Shown: positions 63,361 through 64,000 of the stretch, piece by piece
Layout of the letters: every line of letters starts with the position of its first letter
Position numbering within the stretch: the first letter of the stretch is position 1
Source of the DNA: an uncultured Planctomycetaceae bacterium
GTDB taxonomy: Bacteria > Planctomycetota > Planctomycetia > Planctomycetales > Planctomycetaceae
Assembly (NCBI GenBank): GCA_963815195.1
Contig: CAWFGE010000013.1
Location: 832,001 to 896,000 of the forward strand
Direction of reading: 5' to 3'
Length of the DNA: 64,000 nt
Notes under the pieces: generated by a model
Told to the model about the DNA's origin: nothing
Database searches by the model: none
The model's input: only the letters and a program-made list of their open reading frames with translations
Translations under genes and position numbers: made by a program

Positions 63361-64000
63361 TCATGCCGGTTTTGTTCTGCGGGCGAGCAAGCGGGCGACC
63401 AGGGCCGTCCAGCCGGTTTGATGACTGGCTCCCACGCCCCGGCCGTTGTCGCCGTGAAAATATTCGTAAAACAGCACCAGATCTTCGCCGGGGTTGCCGT
63501 GGGCGTAACGCTCATCCTCGCCGTGACAGGGCCGGCGGCCGTGTTCATCCGGCAGAAACAGCGAACTCAACCGGCGCGAGATTTCGCAGGCCGCTTCTTT
63601 GAGTGTCATCATCCGCCCCGAACCGGTGGGCACTTCCACGCGAAAATCATCCCCGTAAAAATGCCAATACCGCTCGAGCGCCTCGACGAGAAGATAATTC
63701 ATCGGAAACCAAATCGGCCCGCGCCAATTGGAATTGCCGCCGAACATTCCGGAATCCGACTCGGCCGGCCGGTAGCCCACGTGAAATTCCTCCCCGCCCA
63801 CGCGAAACACATAAGGGTGCTGTTCGTGGTATTTCGAGAGCGAGCGGATCCCGTAAGGCGAGAGGAACTCGTTCTCGTCGAACAGATATTTGAAGACCCG
63901 CTCCAAACGCTCGTGGCTGGGAATGGCCAACAGCCGGTGGGCGTGCTCTTTTCGCGAGGCCGCGTCCAATTCCATGTAGCTCACTTGCTCGGCGAGATCG
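63361..64000 (-). CDS. MGH1-like / GH63 glycoside hydrolase (glucosidase), 5'-partial
   Basis: EFLSPYGIRSLS, FGGNSNWRGPIW and YEYFHGDNGRGVGASHQTGWT. Confidence 0.88.
   Translation of the reverse strand, partial: DLAEQVSYMELDAASRKEHAHRLLAIPSHERLERVFKYLFDENEFLSPYGIRSLSKYHEQHPYVFRVGGEEFHVGYRPAESDSGMFGGNSNWRGPIWFPMNYLLVEALERYWHFYGDDFRVEVPTGSGRMMTLKEAACEISRRLSSLFLPDEHGRRPCHGEDERYAHGNPGEDLVLFYEYFHGDNGRGVGASHQTGWTALVARLLARRTKPA

Overview
A GC-rich bacterial chromosome segment, very likely from a Planctomycete, inferred from the PSD1/DUF1553-DUF1501 pair, a PVC-type heme-binding CxxCH protein, an ECF sigma factor and a Ser/Thr kinase. It holds about 47 genes. Housekeeping genes are ccsA, lepA, Maf/YceF, two cyclophilins, hemH, tatD, nuoH-J-K-L-M-N and rhaA. 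Other genes include oleA, floA, an orphan ParA/MinD ATPase, a GAF-GAF-PAS adenylate cyclase, several c-type cytochromes and lineage-typical hypothetical proteins. I saw no rRNA, tRNA, CRISPR array, integrase or transposase. About 12 single-base frameshifts, mostly in short G/C runs and including hemH, nuoM and ccsA, look like long-read consensus errors. The intergenic DNA carries at least seven different palindromic (REP/MITE-like) element types. The most unusual observation is a REP doublet that is intact at 55043-55109 but whose two halves also occur 0.9 kb apart (25182-25208 and 26122-26150), bracketing one whole amidohydrolase gene like a cassette. Other leads are an ECF/anti-sigma operon with a truncated secretin-like protein, a ParA/MinD protein with a MinD-like membrane-targeting tail, and a rod-like hairpin behind a perfect extended -10 promoter. 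All product calls come from motif recognition by eye; no database searches were run.
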